From Raillietiella orientalis (Eukaryota): a DNA stretch of 64,000 bases. Every line of letters starts with the position of its first letter. The stretch's first letter is position 1. Of the stretch, positions 28,001 to 41,735 are shown piece by piece. The notes under the pieces are model-generated. The model was not told the origin of the DNA and searched no databases. It saw only the letters and a list, made by a program, of their open reading frames with translations. The stretch spans positions 248,001 to 312,000 of the forward strand of contig JAYWIR010000013.1 in NCBI GenBank assembly GCA_036172245.1. Reading direction: 5' to 3'. A program made the translations under genes and the position numbers.

Positions 28001-29558
28001 AGGCAAGGAACACACTCGGGTTCCACGCGTCCTGTGGCGTCGGCTTCTAGAATCCCCGAACGGCGCTCACCAGAAGAACCTCAGGAGCCGAAGATTCGAT
28101 CCGTGGGAGCGTGCGTTTCGTCTCCGGAAGTCCCGTGCGAGCGCGCTGCATCTCGGAGAGCCTCGATACGCTCATCTGCTTTCCGGAGGTTCTCCTGAGA
28201 GGATGCTTGGCACGCCGATCATCCGGGAGAAATCGATTCGGAGGAGCGGATCGGTTGCGCGATTCGGAGGCATCCAGGAAGCGGGACCGGGAACGCGCGG
28301 CTAGCTTCCTCTCCCTTCCCCCAGGAAACGCTACTGAATGGGAAAGAGACGCGGGCTCTCAGACGGGTCCAGGAGTCGCATCCAGTGGCTTCCCTCGCTT
28401 TTGGAAGAAACTTGGGAGAGACCTGCATCTTCCTCCGTGGTCCTCTTGAGTAACCACATCCTCCTACTTTCCTTCCAGCGAGTTCGAAGGACAAGGAGGG
28501 GAGGGGAGAGGAGGGAAGATCTCGAAGTTCCTCACAGATGGCAGCGCTATCCTCAAGAAAAACGAGAGCGATCTGAAGTGCCGTTGGAGTCTGGGGACCA
28601 CCGTAGGAGTTGGAAATGAGGAAAGAATCGGTCCGGGTTCAGCCAGGCTGAACGTCAAGGGAGAAATGAGGGGGGGCGGATCGGCCATCACGTACCTGGG
28701 GGTCCACCTGAGGCGAAGCGCTGCAGTCTAGAACCACGTTGATCACAGTGGATCCTGCTGTCACAGCTGGACGCAGGTGTGTCTTCACGAAAGGGCTGGC
28801 GCCTCATTGCCTCGCCTCACCTCGCTGGAGCAAGCGAACCTTCTCCAGGTCGATCCCCTTCCCTCCTGAACCTTTTTGGAGTCTCCGGTCAGGCCACACA
28901 GGCAGTCTCCGGTAGCGAGCAAAGGCGGCAGGAAGCTGAGGGCTTCTCGTCCAGGGATGTCCATGCAGATTCCTGGAGGTTTCCGTAGTCGCTTCAGTTT
29001 AACCAATTCCCCCTTCTGATGACGCCCAGGTTAGAAGAGGGATGCAACCGACCCGACATGGGGCATCCAACCTCTTCCTGTCGTAACTTTCGCTTCCGCG
29101 TCCTTCTTCGAACTCTCCGGAATCCTCCGTTCATCCCTCGCGGTTTCCAGACTCCCAATTGCCTCGTCGCCGTCCTCCCCGCTACCTGCCCCAGAAAACG
29201 AAAGAAGGCGGGATGGGAAGGTGGACGACGGGATCCGCCGGTGTCGCTCTCCCCTCCCCTTTCCCCTTACTCCTCCTTCTCCCAGAGTCTGATGAGAGCG
29301 GATTTCCACGGAAACCAGTCGGACGAGAGCCGTACGTCTCGATCGACGGGAGCACGCGAGACGCAGAGGGAGCGTGGAGCCACGAAGGGGGGAGGAGCAG
29401 CGATGCAATCCTTCTGTCCACAGGGACAGAAGCCTGGAGCAAAAAAATCGAAGGTTCTCGGCGCGCACGCGCGCAGTCAGCGCGAACGCTCTGCCGAGGC
29501 ACCACGAGCGCCGCCGCGCGACTGCTCGCCTCTGGCGCGAGCGAGGCGAACGGTTTCT

Positions 29559-29566
29559 GCTGCTGC

Positions 29567-29603
<37 letters not shown>
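29559..29603 (+). repeat. (GCT)4(GCC)11 compound repeat in the predicted Rdl-like 5'UTR
   Basis: Read directly; ends 46 nt before the ATG at 29650. Confidence 0.9.
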
Positions 29604-29605
<2 letters not shown>

Positions 29606-29649
29606 TGCCTGTTGCTGCGGAGACGACCCAATCCAATTCCTGGCGTGCC

Positions 29650-29756
29650 ATGAAACCGCCGCTCACCAGAGGCGCAGTGCTGGCCGCCGCCGTCAGGGAC
29701 TTCCTGGGCATCCTCGCCTACGTGGCCTGGACGGGAGATCGTGCCCGGGGCATGAG
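29650..29756 (+). CDS. Rdl: Rdl-like subunit, putative exon 1 (signal peptide region)
   Basis: GCCATG context, MKPPLTRGAVLAAAVRDFLGILAYVAWTGDRARGM, AG|GTAAGC donor whose phase 2 joins exon 2 in frame; no homology support for this exon itself. Confidence 0.6.
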
Positions 29757-32700
29757 GTAAGCCTCGGGGCGTCTCTCCTGTAAAGGAAGGGAGGGGAGGG
29801 GAGGTTGAAGCCTCTGGCTAGCAGAGCTTGAAGGAGGTTCGCCTGTCGAGGACGCAGAGGCGGGGAAGGGGAACAATTGGGGTGGCGCGACCGGGAAAGG
29901 CAGATCCCCTGTGGCGCGTTCGAGAGGGTGGCGAAGAGGGAGTGAGGAAGACCGAAACCCCCCTTTACTCCTCCTGGTTGTTAGAAAAAAAGGTGGGGAG
30001 GGGTGAAGTAGAGCAGCCGTTTCCCGGGAGATTCTTACCCTCTCCGAGACGTCGGCCATCGTGCCCCGGATGCGAAATTACTCGCCCCGCACACTCACCC
30101 GCTTTCTCGCCATGTGATTCCCTCTTCCGGCGGCCTATGACGTGCGCAGGGAGCCTTTGGCTTCCGTCCGCCATTGACTTTACGCCCGATTCAGAGAAAA
30201 GTCAGCGCGACCTGCAGTCGACCTGACCTCGGAATCGAGTCGGAGCGGATCGAGGTGGGGTGCCTTTTGAGGTGCGTTTTCAAGAGAGGCACGAAAGAAG
30301 AGGGGAGCAGCCTGGATCCGAGGTCGTATGTGCGTTCCTTTGCCAGAGGTAGCGAGTGGGCTCACACCACGCCTTCGAGGAACTTCTGATCTGCGGCCGT
30401 AAAGTGGCCTTGGGGCACCACACATCTGGAGTCGGAGGAGAGGGCACGACCTCAAGAAGACAGGAGACTGACTCGTCTGGTACCCGAGAGGAGAATCGCT
30501 CCTTCTCTGGGAGCAGGGACTCTCAAAAACCACCTGTCCCTCTCTCTTGAGACTTCCTGGTGCCGTCGGTACTCTTTCCTCCAGGCTGTCTCCGTAGGCC
30601 ACAGCCGCACCCGGCGACCTTTCGAGAGCCTTGAGCCTCCCTTCTTGCTCCTGAGGTTTTCTCCTTGAGGGGGGTGGGAAAAGAAGGGAGGGAAGGAGAG
30701 GTGACCTTTTTGAGAGGCACGTCTCACCTTAAGAGTGAAAATCCTAACGATCTCAGGTGGAGAGCAGCAGGTGGTAAGCGGGGTGAGTTCCAGGATGGAG
30801 ACAGGAGGAAAGGAAATGGGGAGAGAAGAGCTCGTGGACAGGAGGGAGAAGATGAGGACGGAGAAAGAAGAGGAATCTGTGGAAGAGGTAGAGAAGGGAG
30901 GAGGGACTGAGCTCAAAGAAGTCTGCCCGTCGTGAAAATGGAAGAACCACGTGGGTACCGACTGAAAATTCAGGATGGGAAGGCGTGAGGAGAGGACGAG
31001 ATGGTGCGTCGGTTGCCAGGAAACGGGAAGCGGAGCGCTTTTGGTGCCGTAATGTGTGTGGATCCTTCCTGCTGCAGGATCTGGTTGGGAACAACGGCCA
31101 ACCATCCACGAAATGGTTAAATCCTTGTCATCCACGAGGACGGGAGGGCCAGCTCATTTGGAAGGGGCCGGCTGCGCTCCTAGGGGCCCTGAGCGGCGGC
31201 GAGGAGAAAGATGCTGGACCAACATCACTCGTAGGAAACTCCAAAGGTGCTGGCCTCGTCATGTGAAGGACAAGCTGATCATCTGGATTGGACTCCCTGA
31301 GACTCCACCCTGTGCGAGGCCACTCGGCCACTGGGATGCTATCTTCCCTCGGGATGCTGGACGATGAACCCTCTTAGCGACAGATGCTGAGCAACCATCA
31401 CTCAGGAGACCGTTTGGCCACTCCGCGGAATGTGCGGTGGTTACTGCATTCCCAGGTGAGACTTTCATCGCCGGGAGGAGCGAAGATGCGGCCGGAACCT
31501 CGTTCCCAGCTGTGGTGACCCCGAGAACCCTCAAGGGGGGTCTCAAACGATCATCGCCCAACTCACCCGATCTATGCAGTCCGAACTCTCCTGCCTCCTT
31601 CCTTTCGTCCGAGCTCTCGGTTCCCGGATGCATTCCTGGAGTCCTGAGATCGGTAGCTCCCATATCCGCAGCGCTACAGGATCGAACGTGGCTTCGAGAA
31701 GATGAGCCATCAGGAAGAAGGACCTGGCAGGGAAGCAAGAAGGATCAGAATGACCCGGAAGTCCTTTGCACGGGATGTCCAGTGCTCCTCCGAAGATGGG
31801 AAGCAGGTTGCGGGCTCGCCTCCTCATCATCCATGCACCCGAAGGACGCGCGGGAGCCCTCTGGCCGCAGGGACCAGCAAGTCCTTCTTGCTCTCTATCC
31901 AGCTCGGCTCCGTCGTCCGGGAAACGCAGAGACCTCTTTCCCGAGCTGATAAAGCGGTCCTTTAGTTACCCGGAGGACAAATCTTCGCTCTTCGGTCGAA
32001 GCTGGGAAACAGGCAGATCGGTTAATCGACCTACCTGGTCCACGCAAGGGAGCGGCAGCTGTGCTGCGCTGCTGCTGATGCGAGAGACTTAGGGAGAAGG
32101 GACGACAGCACTGAGAGGTATGAGTGCTCCAGTCTCCCCATCTCGCTCAGCTTGGTCCTCCGGAAGGCCGAACTTGCCAGAGGCCTCTCACGACGGGAAA
32201 CGGTGGGACTTACCGATGGACGGCTCCGGGGCTCTCGTGGAGGAAGAAGAATGACCTCGGCTCTTAGGGGACTCGATGAACGATGTGATGAGGGTCCCGT
32301 TTCGCGGTCGAGGGCGCACGTGTCTGGCAGGGAGGGGAACTTCCTCCTTCCAGGAACGTCCCCTGAAAAAATTCTCAGATGCCGCCACTCCATCAAAGAG
32401 AGGAGGTAGAATCTCTCTCTCCCTCTCTCGAGAGTTCTGAAAACCTTTTGCCTAGAGTCCCAGATGGCGTTCCGATGAAAAAGACGGGAGAAGGGGGGCC
32501 TCGAGGTCTATAAGTCAGCCTTCCATGCCTTCCAGCTTCCGAAGGGATGGCATGGGGAACCCGTAGGAACAGAAGGAGTGGATGGGAAGGAAGAAAGCGC
32601 GAGCGGCAGTGCTAGGGAAACTAAGGATCGGATTCTGGGCGAGAATCGCTCTCCGTTGCGCGCGTGCGCGACAAACTGCCGGCCTTCCTCTGCCGGTCTG

Positions 32701-35215
32701 CTGCTCACCACGACGTTCTGATGTGCCCTTGGAGCAGAGGGGAAGAGAAAATAGGGAGCGCTCTCCCTAGTAGCTCGTTTTGCTTTCTTCCGAAGGGAAT
32801 GCCACTGCTCGAAGAGAAACGAGGGAAGGGGCTCGTTGCCGCGGATGCCGAGACGGCAGCGTAGCATCCCGGACTCCGTCCACTCCTGACAGCCGGAGGG
32901 GACAGCGTTTCTCCTCTCCCTCATTCCGAACCCTGATTTTGCGTTCTCAACTGTTCCCAGTCGATGATGGAAGAGAGAGGCTTCCTGCCTCTGTCCCGCT
33001 GCCGTTCGCGCCCTTGACCACACCCACGAATCTTCGGGATCACAGAGGATGAAGTTCCGTCCCCAATGAGAAGCATCCCTTTCCCTAGCCATTTCGTCCC
33101 TATCCTCTCTTCGATTCAACGGGGAAGCCCTCATGGCAATCCAGGCCGTCTCCTTCCTGAGATTCTTCCCCCTTGCCCTCTTCCAGGTTTCTCCTCCCTT
33201 TCCTGACCCACCTTCACCTGGACGCGCCTTCCTCCCTGCTGCCTTTCTGCCGGGAGCTGTTCCGTTCCCACGCTGCCACTGCTGTCCCCGAGACGCCCCC
33301 TGCCCCGCCCATCCTCGCTACTCTCGCTAAACCCTCCCCCTCCCCCTCTCACCGTCTCCGAGGGCAGCGTTTCCCCTGTGTCTCCCTCCCGGACAACGCC
33401 TCCCGTTCGCGCTCCTGGAAATCGGTCTCATCCCAGACGCTGACCGCAGGAAGTCTCTCAAGAGGGAAGGGTGGGGATGGGAGGCGCAACGACGCGTGCT
33501 CCCAGACGAGTTGTACAGAACGCTGTACTCTGTCGAGTGTACGAAAGCGAACTGGAGGGAGGGAGAGCTCAGAGAAAGGAGTACGTGACTTCGGAAGACG
33601 GCAATGCGTCCCCAGAAGGTTGCGGAGGCCTTGCGTCAGTTCTCGAGCAGGACGTCAGAAGACCGCAGTCAGCAGATCAGTGGACGGAGTGTCAAGCCGG
33701 TTCTCCGGACGTATCTCTCTGGGCCACCCGGGTCGCGCCAACAGCAGCCACTAGAGTTTTTTTCTCCCTTCTTGAAGAAGAACAGCAGCCTCTTGGCGGA
33801 GGAGGAGCGGGATGGCACGAGCCCCCGAGGCACGATTGCCCGCTGCCTCCCTCCCAGGATCCCACTTCGCATTCCCGGTCTGCTTCTCTCTCCCCTCCTT
33901 CTTCCCTCCTGACTGTTCTTCCTCTCTTGCCACCGTGGCCTCCCACTTGCCTCCATGTGCCGGGCGGTGGCGGGTTGTCGAAACCGCAGCCTGTCGTCAT
34001 GGTGACGTGATCAGCCGCGATTACCCTGTGAGTGCGCCCCGCCCGCACGCCAGGGAGGAATCTCGAGCGGTCCAGCCTTCCACCCGGCTCCCCGAGAGCT
34101 CGCGTGAGGCTGGCCGGCACGCGACCCGTAACTCTGGGGGGTCGTCTGGGATGCCGCCTCCTCCGAGACGCGAGACTCTTCCAGGAGACTCACTCCTTTC
34201 TCCTGCTCCTCTTCCCGCATCCGTCTCTCTTCTCCGGACGGAGTCCCCACCTCCACCTCTCCCTTTCCGCGCTCCCTCCTCCCCCTCTCCTCCTCCTCCT
34301 CCATTGACTGGCGCGCCTCCTCATTCCTCTTTCCTCACCCTCGTCCTGCGCGTCGCTCGTCACTCGGGGCACGACATTTTCCCGGAACGAATCCCTGTCG
34401 GCAGTTCCCTCCCGTCTACCTGTCGTTTCCCTGTCTGATTGCTGTTCCGCGTGGTTCGCGTGACTCACACGGGAGGATTCCCGTTTTTTCCTTCCTGTTG
34501 ATGGCGGGGAATCGGGGCCGGCGACAAAGGGGGGTTTCTGGGTGAGGGAGAGTCACATCGCGTTGCTCCTCCACACGTAGCCGCCTCCAGAAAGTCGCGT
34601 CTTTACTGACCGCCAAAAGGCGAACCCTCGTGCAGACTCACAACACCCTTACAAAGAAGGGAGACTGCCCCGACTCGAGTCCGAGGTTGCCATGCAAATC
34701 GTGCGGAGAGGCACGCGGAGACGGGGAAAGGGGAGGGGAAGGGAGGGAACGCGCCTCTTGCCAGGAGGAGGACTCTCAGCCTTTCCACTCCCTCTTCAGC
34801 GTCCGGCTTCCGACGCGCACGGAGCAGGAGGAGGAGGCGCGTTCCGCCCCGCAGCTCGTATTTCTAGGAAGGGCTGGCCGCAGAGAAACTTTGCGAGGTG
34901 AGGTCTTTCCCTCGGGAAAGGGGTCTCGTGGCCGCTCTTGGCGTTCCTCAACTCGTTCAGCCGGGATCGCGTCGGTCGCGGTCGATGCTGCCTGCTCACC
35001 GAATGCCCGCGGACAGGCAGTCCAGCTGGCCATCGTCGCGCGCTGACCTACGACTTCCGCGGGCTGATTGATCCCTATAAAACGGACGGCTGAATTCTTA
35101 TCGCTGACCTCCACGATCTGTTTTCTCCTGGCTACTAACACGGATCTGTACCGAACAGCCACCTATCCACTCCCGTTTGTTCGCTGACCTTTATGACCTC
35201 ACTGTTTTGTTGCAG

Positions 35216-35292
35216 GATCGACGTAAACATATCAGGGGTACTGAACAGCTTCCAAAGAGGATACGACAGGAGAGTGCGACCGAACTACGGAG
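35216..35292 (+). CDS. Rdl: Rdl-like exon 2
   Basis: IDVNISGVLNSFQRGYDRRVRPNYG resembles RDL [24 protein letters not shown]; TGCAG acceptor, GTAAGT donor. Confidence 0.92.
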
Positions 35293-35945
35293 GTAAGTGA
35301 ATCTTCCCCACCTGTGATCTCGCTGTCGCGTTGCCGGGTCCTGCTCTGTCGGTGATTCCCGAGGTCCAGACTCACAGTGGGAAGGATGGATGGATAGAAG
35401 GGGGGTAGGAGGAGGAAAGGGGAAGGCACGACGGTTGCCTCAGGCGAAAAAGGAGACCCCCGAAGAGAGTGTTCTCTCCTGCATTTGGCTCACTTATCAA
35501 AAATGCACTCCCGGGAGGCAGGACTGCGGTTGCGTCCGTGGCAGGAAGGGAGCGTTTGGCGGCGGCTTCCCGAGAAAAACGCTCGCGGAGGCACCAGAGC
35601 CGAGCCGCTCCGCTCTCTGCTGCTTGCGGCCCTGCGCCTTCGGACCACTGAAGTCGCTCCTCTGAGAGCTAGTGCATTACCTATGATTCTGGACCACCGC
35701 TACAGGTCCATCTTGGGGTATCTGAAACGGGGGGTCGCCCATCTCAGAGGTCTTGACGTGCAGGCGCGCGTTGCGGTGCGAGGACGCGTGGGTCCTGCTC
35801 CTCTAAGGAAAATCCAGAGCAGTCGAACCTCCCCTATCGCGGATGCTCCCTCGTCGCCTCTCCCCTCTCATGCAACCTGCATCTTCTGCATGCGCACCCC
35901 GAAGTCTTCTGCGACCTGCTGATGATTCCCCGATACGTCTTTCAG

Positions 35946-36013
35946 GTGATGCGGTCGATGTGGGGATCACGATGCACGTGCTGAGCATCAGCGACTTCTC
36001 CGAAGTGCAGATG
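35946..36013 (+). CDS. Rdl: Rdl-like exon 3 (68 nt)
   Basis: GDAVDVGITMHVLSISDFSEVQM resembles RDL exon 3 GPPVEVGVTMYVLSISSxSEVxM; TTCAG and GTAAGT boundaries. Confidence 0.93.
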
Positions 36014-38280
36014 GTAAGTGACGATGCTGCAGTGTCAAACCGGGGCGAACTTGGAAGGCTCAGGAAGCTTCCAACCACACCGGATCCAACTAATGCGTCC
36101 TCACGGGAGAGATGCATCCGCTCCTCAGCTGCTGATAGAGTCGGCTCCTCCGTTCTTTCAGGTGCCTTCAATGAGACATGGAATCGGATCCCCGGGAAAA
36201 CGTATTCCTGGGGCCAGAGCATTCAACTAATGATCTCAGCACGCGACCCTGTAAGAGGGACGGCCATTCGCGAGCGCCTCCCTGGGAAAAGTTTTCCCGG
36301 GACCCTTTGCAGCGTGCATCCTTGCTCCGAGTTTCTTGGTGGAGGTTCTTCTTGCAAAGGGGATGAACCAGGAGGGTGCGCATACGTCCATCCGGAAGTC
36401 GACTTGGAGCACCAGGTCGAAGATGATCAAGGCGTGTCCGAAAACAGGGAGCTGGCGAAATGCAATGATGTTTCAAGACATCCCTTTGCTTCCGCTTCCT
36501 CAATGCTGTGCTCTAAGATGCGTGCCGCTTACGTGCATGTAGCTTGGAAGAAGTACCTCGGATGGTGTTGGCTTTGCTGCTGCTGCTGCTGCTACCCCAT
36601 CTGCGCTTTTTCCGGTCTCTGGAGATCTCATCTGCGTGCAATTCATCTCCTTCCTCCCCTTCATCCTTCTCTAGATAGGCCATCATATTGCCCAGCTCCA
36701 TTTCCGGCTTCCGGCTTTTTGGGAGAGCGAACCCAAGCCTCCTGGAATTTAACTCCCGAGGGAAAAACGCGTAGGCGGTGACTTCGTGGTTCGTTGTACC
36801 GCAACTATTGTTCCTACACGAAGCTAGGATCGAGTTTTGCTGCTCCATGCAGCCGTCCGCTTTCCAAGGAAATTCACCTGACACGCGTCACCAGCAAGCT
36901 CATCGTTCCAGAGTGTCAACCTGAGATCACTCAGTAACCCCCGAGGAGATCAGCAGGAATGTCTGATCTGCCGGTTGCTCTCTTGGTCACTTTCCTGTTT
37001 TGTTATTCTTTGCCTTGGGATTGAGTGCAGAAACTCAGCGTTCGAGGAACTGCTTCCAAAAGGAAGATGAGGGCTGAAATCAAGGATTGCTCCTGCCCTT
37101 TCCTTCTTGTCTCCTGGAAATGCCTCTCTTCTTCTCCCTCGATCTTTTAGTGGGCTGGTTTCGACCAGCAACTTTTACCATCTGGGCATGGGACGATGGT
37201 GTTATCCCTTCCACGTTTGGTTCCCGGAAAATCCTCTGCCTTCTTGTTCCTCGCTCTCAGCAGTCATCCTCTGCTCTTTCCCATTTTGGAATTGATCGAA
37301 TGTCCCGAACTTCCATAAGGACCCACAAGCCTTTCGTCTTGTACATCAACCTCCTCTTGTAACATGCAATGACTGCATTTTCCTTTGTCTGTTCCATTTG
37401 GGCACCTGCATTTGACCAAAAGGAGCAGCATGGCAGTTCGAAGACGCACCAATGGAATTCAAGAGATTTCTTTCGCAGGTGAAGTTGGAAAGTGGAAGAG
37501 AAAGGGTTTCGGATATGGCTATTGCTGGGGGTAAATTTCTCATGAATTTGGTTCGCTGCTTCTTCTACAAAAGAAAGCAAGGAGAGTCGCTGCCAAAAGT
37601 TCTTGAAAAGACTGCAATAGGATGGAGAGTCACTCCAGAAGGGAGACTGCATTTCCTTCGCCCCGTCACGTGAAGGAAACGCTTCAGGAGAGTGGCTCAG
37701 TGTTGGAAAAAACATCCGTGTTCCCAGAGGATATCTGACCGACTCCACCCAGATCGCTGCTTCCGATCGAGGAGGGGGTCTGTAGCTGCTTCTTTGACAG
37801 TCCAGCATCACCGGTTTCCTTTTGAGGTAAACTAGATGCCTTTGCAGCACGTTGAGAACCCTACCTGTTTCACCTTTCTTCTACCGCGCAATTTTGAAGC
37901 CACAGCAACACATCCAGCAGCACATCGAGAAGCAGATCCACAGATGACATTCGTTCTTGGATCATGTAGTGTCAATCATTTTGAAATCATCATCTACGAA
38001 AGAAGATTGAGGAACAAGACAACTCGAAAGAGATTCCTGGTGTCATCCTCTTTAACCCTTTCAGAAGATGCCTTATCTTAAAACAGGAAACACAGAATGC
38101 TAGCTGTGCTGTGCCTTAATAAAAAATCCTGGACAAAGTCAGCAATCACCTTCTGATATTCTGAATCCAAAATGCTTTTGATGAAGATCCATGCAAAGAT
38201 CCAGAACATGCCATCACGTTCTACCTGGAAGAGAGGCATTGGTTGCATATTGTTTTGGACGACTTTTTCAGCGTTGGATC

Positions 38281-39281
38281 TACGAAGCGCATCTGAAAAG
38301 TAAGAACCGATCGGATATAAAGGAAGAACAAATAAGAGAAACAACGATGGGTCAGTGGTTCTAAACACATGCATCCCCATGTCATTTTTCTGCGTAGTCA
38401 CCATTTTTCACCAAATACTTTGGACACTGCGACACTTTGGCAAGCTTTTTTCAACCCTCTGCATGAAATTCCACTGCCTCGGACTTCAGCCACTTAAGCA
38501 GCACTGCAGTTTTCCATTCCTCACTTTCCCACTCGAATCGTTGAGCCACTTCCTGAGGTGCAGGAAGACGTGGTAGTCACTGGGCGCGAGGTCAGGGCTG
38601 TAAGGTGGGTGATCGAAAAGTTCCCATTTGAATTTCTGAATTGTCTGGACAGCATGTGTTGCCAAGGCGCGTGTCGTCGTGGAGGAGAAGAACAATTCCT
38701 GATCTCAGCATTCCATGCCGTCGGTTCTGAATGGTAGGCCGCAGTCCCAAAAGTGTTCCACAGTGGACTTGCGAAGTGATGCTCGTTTCAGGCTCCATAA
38801 GGTCCACCAAAAGCACACCCTTTTGTTTTCCACATGCTGCTGGCATGACAATAATTCTTTGAAATTGAAAATCTGAGTTTGTATAGCTTTGATCGCGGAG
38901 AAGGCTGCCCGCACATTCCAGACGATTCAGAAATTCAAATGGGAACTTTTCGATTACCCACCTTACATCCCTGACCTCGCACCCGGTGACTATCACGTCT
39001 TCCTGCACCTCAGGAAGTGGCTCAACGATTCGAGTGGGAAAGTGAGGAATGGAAAACTGCAGTGCTGCTTAAGTGGCTGAAGTCCGAGGCAGTGGAATTT
39101 CATGCAGAGGGTTGAAAAAAGCTTGCCAAAGTGTCGCAGTGTCCAAAGTATTTGGTGAAAAATGGTGACTACGCAGAAAAATGACATGGGGATGCATGTG
39201 TTTAGAACCACTGACCCATCGTTGTTTCTCTTATTTGTTCTTTCTTTATATCCAATCGGCTCTTTTGAAATGCGCCTCGTA
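38281..39281. mobile_element. Non-autonomous palindromic mariner derivative (two inverted 3' ends) in Rdl-like intron 3
   Basis: TA at both ends, mariner-type termini (TACGAxGCGCAT..), arms 38281-38649 and 38917-39281; YSPDLAPSDY (minus) and YIPDLAPGDY (plus), C-terminal GDYAEK*, spacer encodes GVLLVDLMEP...LLHDDT on the minus strand. Confidence 0.92.
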
Positions 39282-41735
39282 TTTCTTAACACCCATAGAT
39301 GTGAACGGAATCTGCCGACATGAATAAGTATAGAATTTCCTTTCACATACTCCTGGATGAACCCGATAATTCCGTTTGCCGTTTCTCCTGGATGTTTATC
39401 AGAGACATTTTGGCTTTGCCAGTGTGCCTATGAGCCTTTTTATAAAGAACTTAAGTGCAAATGACCAGAGCAAACGAAATCAGACGAAGAAGAGCGCATT
39501 GGTGACATCGTTCATAAATACCACTGAGGGACTTGCAAACACGGTGGGCGTCTCAGGAAATGGAGAAGCTGTTCCAACTTGAAAGCTAAGAGATGAGACG
39601 AGAAAGGATGCGGCGCCTCCTTGCCCTGACGAGGCGGTGACGCGACGCAGTTTTTTGTGGTTCCCCGTTTTGTGTACGTTGGGTGGATGCCCTTTGCCGG
39701 ATACCCGCAGAAGAATTGCGGTACCTTCGTGAGAGCATTCGCCTTGCCATGATCCCCGTTGCGCTTTCTCCACTGCACCGCCTCCGTTCCGCTGTTCCGA
39801 TTACTTTTCTTTTCTGCAACTTTCGGCTTCTTCATACGGCTTCTTTAGATGTTGGCGTTCCTTCAATTTTGATCACGTGACTGCGAAGTTTGTCTAGGAA
39901 GTTCCCATTGATTACTTATCAGGTTCCAGACAAGAGCAGGCTCGTAGGAAGAGGGCATTTTCCATATTTTGAGAACAAGTGCGAAAGGTCTAGCAAATGA
40001 AACACGCTCCCTCGTGTTCTCTCTTCTGTTTTTTTTTTTCCAGTAATGTCCGGAAAAGATTACGAGAATAGGGTATTAGTTGGAGCGTCCCCTAAGCCGG
40101 AGTGCGTGGCACGAAACAATTAGAGTGGGAAGTCATGTAAAGAGAAGTTTCCTGGAGACTTTCCGGCACCCACTTGGTTTGAATAGCTCCATTTCAGCGT
40201 TTGGCCGCGTTTCCATGTTCCGCGAGGAAGCTGCTGGAAGATACGTGTTGTGGAAACGCGGGGAACTCATCCCGAATTTCCGAGAGGAAACACGGTGATA
40301 TACTAAGGAATGTGGAGGTGTGACTCGGGATCACCAGGAACCATCTCCATAACTCAGTTAGGTTGGCATGGAGATGCGAGGCATTTCCTTTAGCAAAACC
40401 TCCCGAGTCTGCCTCAGTTTCCGGTGAGGAAGGCAGCATTTTCTTTGGAGTCAAGGGATCAAGAACTGCACTGTCCCCTTGGAATCACGGAAGCAGATCA
40501 TTGTGTGTATGAAACTGCCAAGTACCAAACTCTGAGAAGAGAAAACTGCGGAAGCCGGCATGCAAGAGCAAGCCGGCCAAGGAGGCAACTGGATGTCTCT
40601 TTGCCTCTTGGCAAGACTGAGAATGGTTTCTCTTGAATCGATCCGAACTCCAAACCCCAATGAGGAGAGCTGCATCATTCCGAAGATGGAATGGCATCTT
40701 CCTGAGCAGAAGAAAAAATTTTGTTCCTATCTTCCCGATTGTTCTCACTTCACGGATCAGCGACTGATCCCTATCTGGGGTTTTCTGTATCCTTTAAAAG
40801 AGAAGAGATGCCCTTGGTAAATCATTAGTAGACGTGCAAAAAAGATGGATCATAGGTCATCTTAAGATCGAGTAACTGAAGCTGAGGAGATGTGATAAGA
40901 AAGAATTCGATAGACAGTGGGACCTTCTGAGGAGTGGAAGCAATTGTCCCGGTTTCCAGAAAGATTTCAAAAGCAAAGACCATAAGAAACGGCATACGCA
41001 TTCTGAGGAAGGAAGTCCACGTGGTTGAGCCGAGTGAAGAGACAGAAAAGCAGGAAATGGTGATCTGAGACAGGAAGTGGACGCCAAACACCTTGAAAAT
41101 CGAGCGACCTGGTCACTTGGAGATCAATCGGAATGGCCGATACGCGAATGCACAGCGTGTAGCTGCAATGTCTTCTGCTTTGTCTCCAAATAGTAGCAGC
41201 CCTGATGCTCCGTCCCAATCGTTGCACGCCTACGTGAGGGAATGAGGACAGTTGGGGAAAGGTGAACCTCGGATTGATCATGGAAAGGAGTATTCAGCAA
41301 ATCCTGATTGAAAGGAGCATGAGGTTTCGTGATGAAGAGTCATGGATGGGTACGCCTGCTATACAGGAGGAACCGAGGACCTGATACGGAGGTCTGCACT
41401 GGAAGCGGGGAATGCACAGTCAGGAGAATCGGCGAGGGGCGCTCCTCAAAGTTCTGCCATTGTCGCATCGCCGAAGAAAGCACAAGGCGGCACATGAGCC
41501 TGGATAGAGATGCCGCTTCTCAAAGAAGGCGCGCCAACCTGCATCAACCAACGTTCTGGAGCGGTCCGAGGCAACCATCTCTGAATTCAAGAAGGAGAAG
41601 CAGCGGGAGTGTGGAGACACTTTCTCCGGATGCATGCGATGCGCGAATCTGTGTGCCTGCCGTCTGCATTTTTGCAACAAAACTGTTGACAGTTCTTGAG
41701 ATGTAGATGGCTCTGATTTTATGGTGCAACCGTAG

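Noticed and set aside
33640..34027. Alternative Rdl-like first exon (hydrophobic LLTVLPLLPPWP..HVPGGGG, GTGAGT donor at 34028)
   Set aside because: The frame that would join exon 2 has a TGA at 34008-34010 and the ATG at 33812 is out of phase; it could only be non-coding.
9091..34438. Many long overlapping ORFs (200-300 aa) in the ORF track
   Set aside because: R/S/P/G-rich, overlapping on both strands, no recognisable domains or splice structure; expected in GC-rich DNA.
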